Origin: Eledone cirrhosa
Lineage: Eukaryota
DNA length: 64,000 nt
Assembly: GCA_964016885.1 (NCBI GenBank)
Contig: OZ024742.1
Location: forward strand, 33,108,001-33,172,000
Reading direction: 5' to 3'
Each line of letters opens with the position of its first letter. Positions within the stretch are counted from its first letter, which is position 1. Below the pieces are notes generated by a model that ran no database searches, was not told the DNA's origin, and was given only the letters and a program-made list of their open reading frames with translations. The position numbers and the translations under genes were made by a program. Shown here one piece after another: positions 41,701 to 57,173 of the stretch.

Positions 41701-41894
41701 ACGAAGGAAAAGTGGTAAAGAACCAGGTGGACCATAACGCATCAAAGTACTCAATACTTAGGGTAGTAGAGTGGGTAATAGGAACAAGTAAGACCCCGAC
41801 GGCTGAGCTCAAGCCGTTTCGACGGCTAATTCTAGTCCAGAATTAGCCGTCGAAACGGCTTGAGCTCAGCCGTCGGGGTCTTACTTGTTCCTAT
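41701..41894. mobile_element. PLE-type fold-back remnant: perfect 56-bp arms (41778-41833 / 41839-41894) plus tail, in (TA)n
   Basis: Right arm reads GAAACGGCTTGAGCTCAGCCGTC^GGGGTC (hammerhead stem III and GUC site). Tail motif GTACTCAA at 41747. Confidence 0.8.
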
Positions 41895-41913
41895 GTATAT
41901 ATATATATATATA

Positions 41914-42360
41914 ACATGTATCCCAGTACAACCTGTCCCATGGTTGGGTCGTTGGCGACTAAACTGGCAACCCTACCAAGGTTTCTTGGTGAGGAGGGCG
42001 ACTTTGTACATCCAGCAGGACTAAAAACAAAACCTGTCAAAGGGAAAAGGAGCTCTTAAGAGTCAATGGCCATCCAAAATCATCGGGAGAGATGACCCCT
42101 TAGCCTTTGTCAATGAAGAATTCTAGGAGAAGGAAAACTCTGATATAACACCTGCAACCCAGATGGTATCCAATGATGTTGACTTGTTCTTCTATTTGGT
42201 AAATATCATCTTGGTTAAGAGAGTGGGACTGGCTTTGTGCAGTGCCTTTGCCCACTATAAAAGCTTCACGGCACAGGCATTGCTTTATATCTGGAGATCT
42301 CTCTGCACTTGTCATCACATGGTACCATGGGCCCAGCACTATGTGTCAATAATTGTCACA
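41914..42360 (+). mobile_element. Possible RTE 5' UTR-like or non-autonomous element (its tail may be 42939-42988)
   Basis: GGAGAAGGAAAACTCTGA motif reminiscent of RTE 5' UTRs. An RTE-type (GAT)n tail follows the intervening TIR element. Confidence 0.3.
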
Positions 42361-42365
42361 AGTGT

Positions 42366-42492
42366 AGTGTTTGTACCAGAGTTTTCAAGTCGCTGGCTGG
42401 ACTAAAAAGTCACACTCGTTCAGCGCATCGGTAGGGGTTCTCCTACATGGATATAAAGTAGTGGCCGTACTCGAAAACGAGTTGGCAGCCAC

Positions 42493-42534
<42 letters not shown>

Positions 42535-42938
42535 TATATATATATATGAGTCTACACAAATACAAGCATAACAAGAAACTTGTCTTCAGGTTCTGTAATC
42601 AGGCACAAAACTATGCATAGAAAGTGGAAGAGTTGTGTGAAAAGTTAGAGAGAATGCAACATCCTTGTCTCACCAATTAACTTATCATAGGAATCCTTAT
42701 CTTTATCTGTTGGTAATCAGACAGAAAAGAACTCATCCCATTCATTACTTTCCATTCATATGCCTCAATTCTTTATTATTCTTCACTTCCGAAATAGTAC
42801 CTACGTCATTCAGAGAGTTTTTTGTATATATGAATATATATACAACTTTATATCCATGTAGGAGAACCCCTACCGATGCGCTGAACGAGTGTGACTTTTT
42901 AGTCCAGCCAGCGACTTGAAAACTCTGGTACAAACACT
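42366..42938. mobile_element. Element or inversion bounded by 94-bp perfect inverted repeats
   Basis: 42366-42459 is the reverse complement of 42845-42938. No clear TSD. Confidence 0.7.
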
Positions 42939-42997
42939 TGCAAGCAAGGAAAAGCGGACGTAAAATGATGATGATGATGATGATGATGATATATATA

Positions 42998-43028
<31 letters not shown>

Positions 43029-43062
43029 GTGTGTTTATATATATATATATATATATATGTGT

Positions 43063-43094
<32 letters not shown>

Positions 43095-43144
43095 TTATAT
43101 ATATATATATATGTGTGTTTATATATATATATATATATATATGT

Positions 43145-43238
<94 letters not shown>

Positions 43239-43245
43239 GTATATA

Positions 43246-43533
43246 ACTTTGATAACTTTAATAGGTTTCGGCCAGTATTGGCCCAGGCCATGTCTAACTT
43301 AATAGCACCACCTGGCGAAGTCTTACAAATCAGTGTTTGGCCCACCCGAGCAGAGAATTATTGTTTACGGAGGCATATCCGGGTGTAGGAGGCTTATCCA
43401 GGATTTCTTGAAGGAATTTATCCAAAGACTTCTTGAACTTGATGGGGTCTCTCTCTGCTTTGATGTGTTTTGGTGTAATGTTAAAGAGTGCAGGGCCAAT
43501 TGAGGTGAAATAATTGTGCCGTATTGTTGTTAT
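43246..43533 (-). mobile_element. CR1/L2-group LINE 3' end
   Basis: Minus strand reads RHNYFTSIGPALFNITPKHIK...[21 protein letters not shown]...NSL, with a 9-bp repeated tail (AACTTTGAT). Confidence 0.75.
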
Positions 43534-43585
43534 GTATATATATATATATATATATGGATATGTATATATATATATATATATGCAT

Positions 43586-45023
43586 AGTTGGCGTCCATCA
43601 GGGCTCTGTTCTCAGCCCCCTACTATTTATTATTGCCCTTCAGGCTATAACAGAGGAGTTCAAGACAGGCTGCCCATGGGAACTCCTATACGCAAACGAC
43701 CTGACACTCATAGCGGAATCAATGGCCGAGCTAGAGAAGAAATTCCAAACATGGAAGCACGGCCTAGAGTCAAAAGGACTTAAAATTAACCTGGCTAAGA
43801 CCAAAGTTCTAGTTTGTAGGAAAGAAAACAAGGCGGCGGTCCCTTCTGGGAAATGGTCGTGCTCGGTGTGTAGGAAAGGCGTAGGTAGAAACTCCATTTT
43901 ATGTCCTAAATGCAAAGTATGGGTGCATAAAAGATGTAGTGGGATCACAGGTAAGCTAACTAAGAACATAGATTTTACATGTGGCCGGTGTTCTGGTGCA
44001 ATAAGTAGCAGCAAGTGCCCACAAAATACTAGCTCTTTCAATTGCGCAGAGGGTTCTATAGAAATAGTGGACAGCTTCCGTTACCTGGGCGATAAAATCA
44101 GCAGTGGGGGAGGGTGCTCTGAAAGTACAGTAGCTAGAGTCAGAACTGGTTGGAAAAAGTTCAGAGAGCTTATACCACTATTAGCTGCTAAAGGGTTCTC
44201 CCTAAAAATGAAAGGCAGGTTGTACGATGCCTGCATACGAACAGCAATGCTGCATGGCAGTGAGACCTGGGCATTGTGTGCAGAGGATATACGCAGACTA
44301 GAGAGGAACGAAGCTTGCATGCTCCGCTGGATGTGTAACAGTAATATACGTGAACGGCAAAGCATAAACGAACTAAGGAAAAAATTAGAGATAAGAGGAA
44401 TCAGATGTTGTTTACTTGAGAGAAGGCTACGTTGGTATGGACACGTGATGCGCATGAAAGTCGATAGCTGTATAACAAAGTGCAGGGCAATAAAGATAGA
44501 CGGTAGTCACGGAATAGGCAGACCTAGAAAAACCTGGGACGAGCTGATAAACTCCGACATCACACACTTACACCTCTCCAAGACAATGTCACTGGACCGT
44601 GACCTTTGGCGGTACTCAGTAACAGAGAAGACCCGCCTTACCTAAATATATAGTAAAACCTACTCCAGCCAGTAGGCATCTCTAACAAAATACACCCCGT
44701 CCCACCACCACCACCCCCACCCCATCCACACCACCCCGTTCTATGTAAAGTTATGTTGGTGCCGCGCCACCCAGGCCGAAACAAATGAGATCGTGTAGGT
44801 GTCACGACAAAAAAAACACACAGTCCACGCTGTAATGTGGCCGTGTAGGCAACACGGTAAAAACCTCCCAGACCCACACTGTAAATGTGGTTGGTGTTAG
44901 GAAGGGCATCCAACTGTAGAAAACCTGCCAGACAGTCCTATGCGAGCAAGACAATCACTCTTGCCTCAAGTAGGACTACCCCCGTCCAAACCCATGCAAG
45001 CGTGGAACACGGACGTTAAACGT

Positions 45024-45053
<30 letters not shown>
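43586..45053 (+). mobile_element. 5'-truncated young RTE LINE
   Basis: ORF to 44645 (YAND instead of YADD), PHD-like finger, 3' UTR and (GAT)n tail. Both ends lie in (TA)n. Confidence 0.95.
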
Positions 45054-45095
<42 letters not shown>

Positions 45096-45108
45096 TGCAT
45101 ATATATAT

Positions 45109-45517
45109 AAATGGAATAGAATGAAACGAAATTTCATTTCTCACTCTTAGTACGGCACTTACTTAAATGTAAGTATGTATGTATACGTACATACATATAT
45201 GTATACAGACGTACAGTAGCATGTATATATATATATACATACAGGCACACATATATATATGCACGTATCAGTGACGTGGTTGCCTGAACACTGTACGGCG
45301 TAAATCAGGCTGTTCGTTTGTTTACAAACTAACAAAGCGAACATTATAATAAATGTTCGGTAAACTGATACGTGCATATATGTATATATGTGTGCCTGTA
45401 TATATGTGTGCATATATGTATATATGTGTGCCTGTATGTATATATATATATATATATATATATACATGCTACTGTACGTCTGTATACATATATGTATGTA
45501 CGTATACATACACACTT

Positions 45518-45520
<3 letters not shown>
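45109..45520. mobile_element. Inverted-repeat insert in (TA)n with structured spacer; PLE-like
   Basis: Arms 45168-45272 / 45364-45520 (right arm has an internal duplication). Tail has GCACTTAC at 45155. Confidence 0.55.
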
Positions 45521-45568
<48 letters not shown>

Positions 45569-45586
45569 CACACATATATATATATA

Positions 45587-45680
<94 letters not shown>

Positions 45681-45744
45681 TGTATATATATATATATTAA
45701 TGAAAAAGAACAAAGGAACTATTATGACATTATAACAAGTTTAT

Positions 45745-45791
45745 TGCCGACAGCCGTTTCGTCCGACCATATGGTGGGACTTTTCAAGGCA
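45745..45791 (-). ncRNA. Hammerhead ribozyme, U3-A8 core variant, within a probable PLE pLTR fragment (45698-45950)
   Basis: Minus strand reads TGCC-TTGAAAA-GTCCCACCATATGGTCGGAC-GAA-ACGGCTGT-C^-GGCA, followed by AATAAA overlapping its last base. Confidence 0.75.
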
Positions 45792-45955
45792 TATAACATG
45801 TGATTGTAAGTTCATTATTTACATCAACGTATCACTCAAGGCTAGCAGTTTGAAATTGTGGTATACATCAGCAGCTCCGCTTGTATATTTGGGGTCTATA
45901 TTCTAAGGGGGCTCTTTTATATTAGTTGTCGGAATTAACTAGCTATTATTATTAC

Positions 45956-45988
<33 letters not shown>

Positions 45989-45989
<1 letters not shown>

Positions 45990-48340
45990 GTAATAATAAT
46001 AAATTTGAAGACCTGAAGAATAGAATTCGTTCTATTAAGGATTCTAACGCCGTGCACGTCCATTCCGACAAAACTGGCAACCTATATCAAGTGGAGCGCA
46101 GTACTTACCATCAACTACTACATAATGCTGTAACTAAGGATTACCGTAAAACTAATCGGTGCGTCATCAATGAAATCAACGATGCTGGGTTTAAAAATCA
46201 CATCTGATCTCAACATCCTGGACCGGACCGAACCTCTGGACCCTATTTCTCCCCACTTTACCCTGAAGGATCACAAATCCAATTTTCCGAACAACCCCTC
46301 TATTCAGCTTATTAACCCTACGAAGTCCGATTTAGGTAGACTTAGTAAGACGATTCTTGATAGAATTATACCTGAAATTAGAAGTTTGGCCCCTCTTGCA
46401 CTGTGGAACAATTCCTTCATGGTGATTGATTGGTTCAACGGCATACGTAACAAGGAACATCGCCGTTTTATCCAATTCGGCATCAACAATTACTACTCCT
46501 CCATCACTTTACCACTTCTCCTTAGAGCTATCAATTTCGCTAAAACACTCAGTGGTTAAGGATTTCGAAGTTGATGTCATCCTCAATGCCCGTAAGTCGG
46601 TGATTAATTTCGACGACTCTATTTGGATTAAAAAATCCAATAGTACCCCATTCGACGTGAGTATGGGCGCCAGTGATTCTGCAGAGGTTACTGATCTTAT
46701 CGGCCTTTTCCTTCTTTTCTCTATCAAGGACGAATTCCCTAACGCGGGCAGTGGTTTGTACCGTGACAATGGTCTTTTGACCATGACTAAGTGCGGGCTT
46801 GTGCTTGCGACAGGTTCAGAAAAGAACTCAAAGCCTTCTTTAAAGACTTCAACCTCTCTATACAGGTTGAGGCCAATCTCTCGGTCGTTAATTACCTCGA
46901 CGTTACCCTCAACCTATTGAATGGGTTGTATTACCCGTATAGAAAGCCGAATGATACGCTTAATTACATAAGTAAGCATTCCAACCATCCTGCCAGCATA
47001 ACCAAGAACCTGGTAAGAAACGTTTCGTTGAGGCTTTCCCGTCTTTCCACCAACGAGCGTATTTTCAATGACCATTCCACTTATTACAATGAAGCTCTTG
47101 CTCGAAGTGGATTTGTCGATAAGGTAGCATATACAGAGTACGAAAATAGACCTAGAAGAAATAGATCCCATCACATTTGTTGGTATAACCCACCATATAA
47201 TATGGAGGTGGCCACACCATTAGCTAAGATCTTTCTTTCCCTTATTACAAAGCATTTTCCCCCTACACATAAATATAGTAAAATTTTTAATAGAAATACT
47301 ATTAAAATTTCTTACTCTACGACTCCTAACCTTGCACATAACATCACAGCTTCAAATTTAGCTAAACTACCTAGCCGTAGGAACACATGCAACCCTGTAG
47401 TTAGTACTAACTGTAATTGTAGGAATCGGGTTGATTGCCCCCTATCCGGTAAATGCCTCTCTAGTAACATTGTCTACAAATATAAGGTTGTAACACCCAC
47501 GTACGGTAGGGCCTACATAGGGTTAACCACCAATAGATTCAAGCAGTGTCTTTACATGGATACCCATTCTTTTCGTTACCCTCTAAGAAGGAATATGACG
47601 TCACTTTCAGCTTATATCTGGAGTCTAAAAGACAACCACACCCAATATAAGTTACACTGGGAGATCCTAGCTAGGGCTAGATCATATAACGGAAATAAAA
47701 GACCATGTGACCTCTGCGCCGCTGAGGCCCTGGAAATACTCTACACCACAGACCACATCTTAAACAAAAAATCTGAGGCAATTTCGGCTTGTAAACATAA
47801 ATTGCACAAAACTTTCCTGTATTACAGCCCCACGTTATACCCTAACGGATAGTACGATCTATACGTGGATATTTTACGTCTCGATGTGGGAGCTAAGTAT
47901 ATGTTTTGTTTATACCTTTACTTATTTGCATAGGTAAGTATATATTATCCGTATGTTTTGTGAAGGTACGTATACCTTTTCGTACGTATATTTGATTGTT
48001 ACGGTGTATAATTGTTTTAAATATTCTGGTACATAGGGTTCGACTATGTGTATACGGGAGTTTTGCGTCTGTGTGAGTATGCAGGTTCGTACGTATGTAG
48101 GGCGTGTGTATATGTGTACTTCCTGTTTTGGTTGACTTACATCTCCGAACATTCGTGTATTTACATGTGGGTATGTGTGTGCGCTTGTTATATACGTATT
48201 TATTTATTTATATACATTTATATAATTATTTATTTATTTGTATACACGCTTACACACACACACATATTTATATGTGCGTGGTTTTGTTTACCTATGGTAA
48301 GTTTTTGCGTATGCTTGTGTATGTACGTTTCTGTTTGCGT
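45989..48340 (+). mobile_element. Penelope-like element: RT + Cys linker + C-terminal GIY-YIG endonuclease, 5'-truncated and frameshifted
   Basis: Consecutive ORFs show SDKTGNLY, TLKDHK, QFGINNYYSSI, MGASDSAEV, GLYRDNG, NYLDVTLNL, YRKPN, WYNPPY, CNCRNRVDCPLSGKCL, VY...YIG and CDLC...LNKKSE...CKH. Stop at 47852. The 3' UTR probably resumes at 48700-49140. Confidence 0.92.
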
Positions 48341-48342
48341 GT

Positions 48343-48702
48343 ATCATCATCATCATCATCACCGTTTTACGTCCGTTCTTCCACGCTAGCATGGGTTAGA
48401 CGGGTTGTCCTGTTGTGGGCAGTGTCTGGTCGGCTGACCATGCCTTGCTCATACAGGAACTGATCTGGCTTGATTTCTACAGCTGGATGCCCTTCCTAAC
48501 ACCAACCTCATTTACAGTGAGTGCTGGGTGCTTTTTCGTGGCGCCTACACGTCCACTTTACAGTGTGGGCTGGGTGCTTTTTTGCCGTGGCACCTCCACG
48601 ACCACCTTGCGGTGGGGGGAATGGGGGCATATTGTTTATATGCTTCAGCATGTACCCATGGGAGGTCGGGTACCCTGTATTACTGCGTGACGCCAGAAGT
48701 CA
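48343..48702 (-). mobile_element. RTE 3' end (subfamily 2)
   Basis: Reverse complement of ~49900-50253. Confidence 0.9.
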
Positions 48703-49139
48703 TGTATTTATTTATTTCTATTACTTCTGTATTGTATTTATTTACTTTGTTCTTAACTCCGTAGCGGAGATTCATTCGGTCTCCTAGTTAGTATTTTAGT
48801 CTACGACTTCTGCTATACCATTTACGTGGTTTTGTCTTTGCGTGCTATTGTTCTCGACGTTCCACATATGACGTATTATCTTTGTTTTTTTCGTTCATCG
48901 CCAGAGAACGTCTCTATGCACCACCTAAGAGAACATTAGTCTACGACCTCTATTATACTATAAACGTGGTTCTGTCTTTGCGCGTATTGTTTTTCACCAT
49001 TCCTATTAATGACGTATTATATTCGTTTTTTCCCGTTCTTAGCCAGCGAACGTTTCCACGAACCAAAGTATCGTCTTCCTATCTTCCTCCGGTTGCAACG
49101 TTTTTTGAAATATCCAGTTCTGCGTTTACAGATTGACTT

Positions 49140-50253
49140 TGTTAGTTTCAGAAGATCCCGGGGAAATGGCCTTGCTCAGTATGTAGGAAAGGTGTAGGTA
49201 GGAACTCCATTCTCTGCCCCAAATGCAAACAATGGGTACACAAGAGATGTAGCGGGATCTCAGGAAGCTTAATTAAGAATGTAGGATTCACATGCAGCAG
49301 CTGTGCTCAAACAGCCAGAGGAAACAAGTACCACCAATCTCTGGGAGGGCTCTGTAGAAACAGTAGAGAGCTTCTTCTACCTAGGTGACCGAATTAGCAG
49401 CGGAGGTGGGTGTTCAGAAAGTACAATAACTAGGGTAAGAACGGGATGGAAGAAGTTTAGGGAACTACTACCACTGCTAGCTGCAAAAGGCTTCTCCCTC
49501 AGAATGAAAGGCAGACTGTATGATGCGTGTATCCAAACAGCGATGTTGCATGGTAGTGAGACCTGGGCGCTGAAGGTGGAAAACTTACGTAGATTAGAGA
49601 GAAACGAAGCCTGCATGCTCCGATGGATGTGTAACAGTAATATACGTGAACGACAAAGCATAAATGAATTGAGAGAGAGACTGAGCATAAGAGGAATCAA
49701 ATGGTGTGTGCAGGAGAGGCGGTTGCGCTGGTATGGACATGTGATGCGTATGAAGGATGACAGCTGCATAAAAAGGTGCAGAGCACTAGAAGTTGATGGA
49801 AACCGCGGAGTGGGGAGACCCAAGATGACCTGGGATGAGGTGATAAAAGCTGACCTTACCCAATTACACCTCTCAAAGACAATGACACACAACCGTGACT
49901 TCTGGCGTCACGCAGTAATACAGAGTACCCGACCTCCCATGGGTACATGCTGAAGCATATAAACAATATGCCCCCACACCCCCCACCGCAAGGTGGTCGT
50001 GGAGCTGCCACGGCAAAAAAGCACCCAGCCCACACTGTAAAGTGGACGTGTAGGCGCCACGAAGAAGCACCCAGCACTCACTGTAAATGAGGTTGGTGTT
50101 GGGAAGGGCATCCAGCTGTAGAAATCAAGCCAGATCAGTTCCTGTATGAGCAAGGCATGGTCAGCCGACCAGACACTGCACACAACAGGACAACCCGTCT
50201 AACCCATGCTAGCGTGGAAGAACGGACGTAAAACGGTGATGATGATGATGATG
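49140..50253 (+). mobile_element. 5'-truncated RTE LINE (subfamily 2)
   Basis: [28 protein letters not shown], and a (GAT)n tail running into (TA)n. Confidence 0.93.
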
Positions 50254-50254
50254 A

Positions 50255-50325
<71 letters not shown>

Positions 50326-50328
50326 ATA

Positions 50329-50417
<89 letters not shown>

Positions 50418-50420
<3 letters not shown>

Positions 50421-50999
50421 AAGTTTTATTTAAATTGTTGGGTTACAACGAGTAAATATTTATAACTGATATAAAAGCACTCAACAAGTATTTGGAGTAT
50501 ATTTACGATATTAAATAAATGGAAACTATATTTATAAAACCATATTTATTTCATTATATATATTTCTCTTAATATTTCATTATATATATTTCAATTAATA
50601 TTTCTCTCTCTCTCTTCTCTCTCTCTATCTATCTCCCTCTGTGTTTTTTCTCTCTCTATCTATCTCTCTCTGTTTCTTTACATGAATTTCTTCTCTCTAT
50701 CTATCTCTCTATATCTATCTCTCTCTATTTAGTTGCATGCATTTCTTCTTTTTCTTCGCTTTTTTTCTTTTTTTTTCTTTCTTTCTTTTTATAACTGTCC
50801 CTAACATTTTTCACTACCAAATCAACTTTTTAAATGGAAGATGAAGTTGCAAGGTATGTCAAATCTATCTATTTATAAGACTGTTTATATTGTATTTTGT
50901 CTGAAGAAGGCAAACCATATTTTTAATATGATATCCCTGAAATATATATAATGAAATAAATATGGTTTTATAAATATAGTTTCCATTTATTTAATATCG

Positions 51000-51001
<2 letters not shown>
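50418..51001. mobile_element. PLE-type inverted pLTR: 63-bp arms (50504-50566 / 50939-51001), hammerhead at 50893-50958 (+), tail at left
   Basis: TATTTTGT-CTGAAGA-stem II-GAA-ATATATAT-A^-ATGAAATA. Tail motif GCACTCAA at 50477. Flanked by (TA)n. Confidence 0.8.
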
Positions 51002-51051
<50 letters not shown>

Positions 51052-51057
51052 CATATA

Positions 51058-54345
<3,288 letters not shown>

Positions 54346-54378
54346 ATATATGTATATATATATATATATTTATATATA

Positions 54379-54910
54379 TCATCATCATCATCGTTTAACG
54401 TCCGTGTTCCACGCTTGCATGGGTTTGGACGGGGTTGTCCCACTTGAGGCAAGAGTGATTATCTTGCTCGCATAGGACTATCTGGCGGGTTTTCTACAGC
54501 TGGATGCCCTTCCTAACACCAACCACATTTACAGTGTGGGGCTGGGAGGTTTTTACCGTGTTGCCTACATGGCCACATTACAGCGTGGACTGTCTGGCGG
54601 GTTTTCTACGGCTGGATGCCCTTCCTAACACCAACCACATTTACAGTGTGGGGCTGGGAGATTTTTACCGTGTTGCCTACACGGCCACATTACAGCGTGA
54701 ACTGTGTGTTTTTTGACGTGACACCTACACGATCTCATTTCTTTCGGCCTGGATGTTGTGGCACCAACATAACTTTACATTGAAAGGGGCGGTGTGGATG
54801 GGGTGGGGGTGGAGGGACGGGGTGTATTTTGTTAGAGATGCCTACTGACTGTAGTAGGTTTTACTTTGTATTTAGGTAAGGCGGGTCTTCTCTATTACTG
54901 AGTACCGCCA
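54379..54910 (-). mobile_element. RTE 3' UTR with internal duplication
   Basis: (CAT)n tail and duplicated GATGCCCTTCCTAACACC block. Confidence 0.9.
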
Positions 54911-54918
54911 TATCTATC

Positions 54919-54964
<46 letters not shown>

Positions 54965-55017
54965 AATATATATATATATGTATATATATATATATGTATA
55001 TATGTATATATATATAT

Positions 55018-55962
55018 CATCATCATCATCAACGTTTAACGTCCGTGTTCCACGCTTGCATGGGTTTGGACGGGGGTTTTCCCACTTGAGGCAAGAGTGA
55101 TTGTCTTGCTCGCATAGGACTGTCTGGCGGGTTTTCTACAGCTGGATGCCCTTCCTAACACCAACCACATTTACAGTGTGGGGCTGGGAGATTTTTACCG
55201 TGTTGCCTACACGGCCACATTACAGTGTGGACTGTGTGTTTTTTTGTCGTGACACCTACACGATCTAATTTGTTTCGGCCTGGATGTTGTGGCACCAACA
55301 TAACTTTACATTGAAAGGGGCGGTGTGGATGGGGTGGGGGTGGCGGGACGGGGGTGTATTTTGTTAGAGATGCCTACTGGCTGTAGTAGGTTTTACTTTG
55401 TATTTAGGTAAGGCGGGTCTTCTCTATTACTGAGTACCGCCAAAGGTCTCGGTCAAGTGACATTGTCTTGGAGAGGTGTAAGTGTGTGAGGTCGGAATTT
55501 ATCAGCTCGTCCCAGGTTTTTCTGGGTCTGCCTACTCCGTAGCTACCGTCTATCTTTATTGCCCTGCACTTTGTTATACAGCTGTCGCCTTTCATGCGCA
55601 TCACGTGACCATACCAACGTAGCCTTCTCTCGAGTAAACAACATCTGATCCCTCTTATTTCTAATTTTTTCCTTAATTCGTTTATGCTTTGCCGTTCACG
55701 TATGTTACTGTTACACATCCAGCGGAGCATGCAAGCTTCGTTCCTCTCTAGTCTGCGTATATCCTCTGCACACAATGCCCAGGTCCCACTGCCATGCAAC
55801 ATTGCTGTTCGTATGCATGCATCATACAACCTGCCTTTCATTTTTAGGGAGAACCCTTTAGCAGCTAATAGTGGTATAAGCTCTCTGAACTTTTTCCATC
55901 CAGTTCTGACTCTAGCTACTGTACTTTCAGAGCACCCTCCCCCACTGCTGATTTTGTCACCC

Positions 55963-55963
<1 letters not shown>
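55018..55963 (-). mobile_element. 5'-truncated RTE LINE
   Basis: ORF 55404-55964, GDKISSGGG...KTRLT. Confidence 0.94.
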
Positions 55964-56043
<80 letters not shown>

Positions 56044-56045
<2 letters not shown>

Positions 56046-56558
56046 CGATATTAAACAAATGGAAACTACATTTATAAAACCATATTTATTTCATTATATA
56101 TATTTCAGGGATATCATATTAAAAATATGGTATGCCCTCTTCAGACAAAATACAATATATAAACAGTTTTATAAATAAATTTGACATACCTTAAACTTTA
56201 CAACTTCCATTTAAAAAGTTGTTTTGGTAGTGAAAATGTTAAGGACAGTTAGAAAGAAAGACGAAGAGAAAAAGAAAGAAAGTGTATAGTGCTAAGGACA
56301 GTTAGAGAGGAAGTTGTAAAGTTTAAGGTATGTCAAATTTATTTATAAAACTGTTTATATATTGTATTTTGTCTGAAGAGGGCATACCATATTTTTAATA
56401 TGATATCCCTGAAATATATATAATGAAATAAATATGGTTTTATAAATGTAGTTTCCATTTGTTTAATATCGTAAATATACTCCAAAACTTGTTGAGTGCT
56501 TTTATATCAGTTATAAAATATTTACTCGTAACCCAACAATTTTAAATAAAACTTTTGC
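56044..56558. mobile_element. Duplicate of PLE-type inverted pLTR 53831-54345
   Basis: Sequence identity at offset 2213. Confidence 0.82.
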
Positions 56559-56591
56559 ATATATGTATATATATATATATATTTATATATA

Positions 56592-57131
56592 TCATCATCA
56601 TCATCGTTTAACGTCCGTGTTCCACGCTTGCATGGGTTTGGACGGGGTTGTCCCACTTGAGGCAAGAGTGATTATCTTGCTCGCATAGGACTATCTGGCG
56701 GGTTTTCTACAGCTGGATGCCCTTCCTAACACCAACCACATTTACAGTGTGGGGCTGGGAGGTTTTTACCGTGTTGCCTACATGGCCACATTACAGCGTG
56801 GACTGTCTGGCGGGTTTTCTACGGCTGGATGCCCTTCCTAACACCAACCACATTTACAGTGTGGGGCTGGGAGATTTTTACCGTGTTGCCTACACGGCCA
56901 CATTACAGCGTGAACTGTGTGTTTTTTGACGTGACACCTACACGATCTCATTTCTTTCGGCCTGGATGTTGTGGCACCAACATAACTTTACATTGAAAGG
57001 GGCGGTGTGGATGGGGTGGGGGTGGAGGGACGGGGTGTATTTTGTTAGAGATGCCTACTGACTGTAGTAGGTTTTACTTTGTATTTAGGTAAGGCGGGTC
57101 TTCTCTATTACTGAGTACCGCCATATCTATC

Positions 57132-57173
<42 letters not shown>

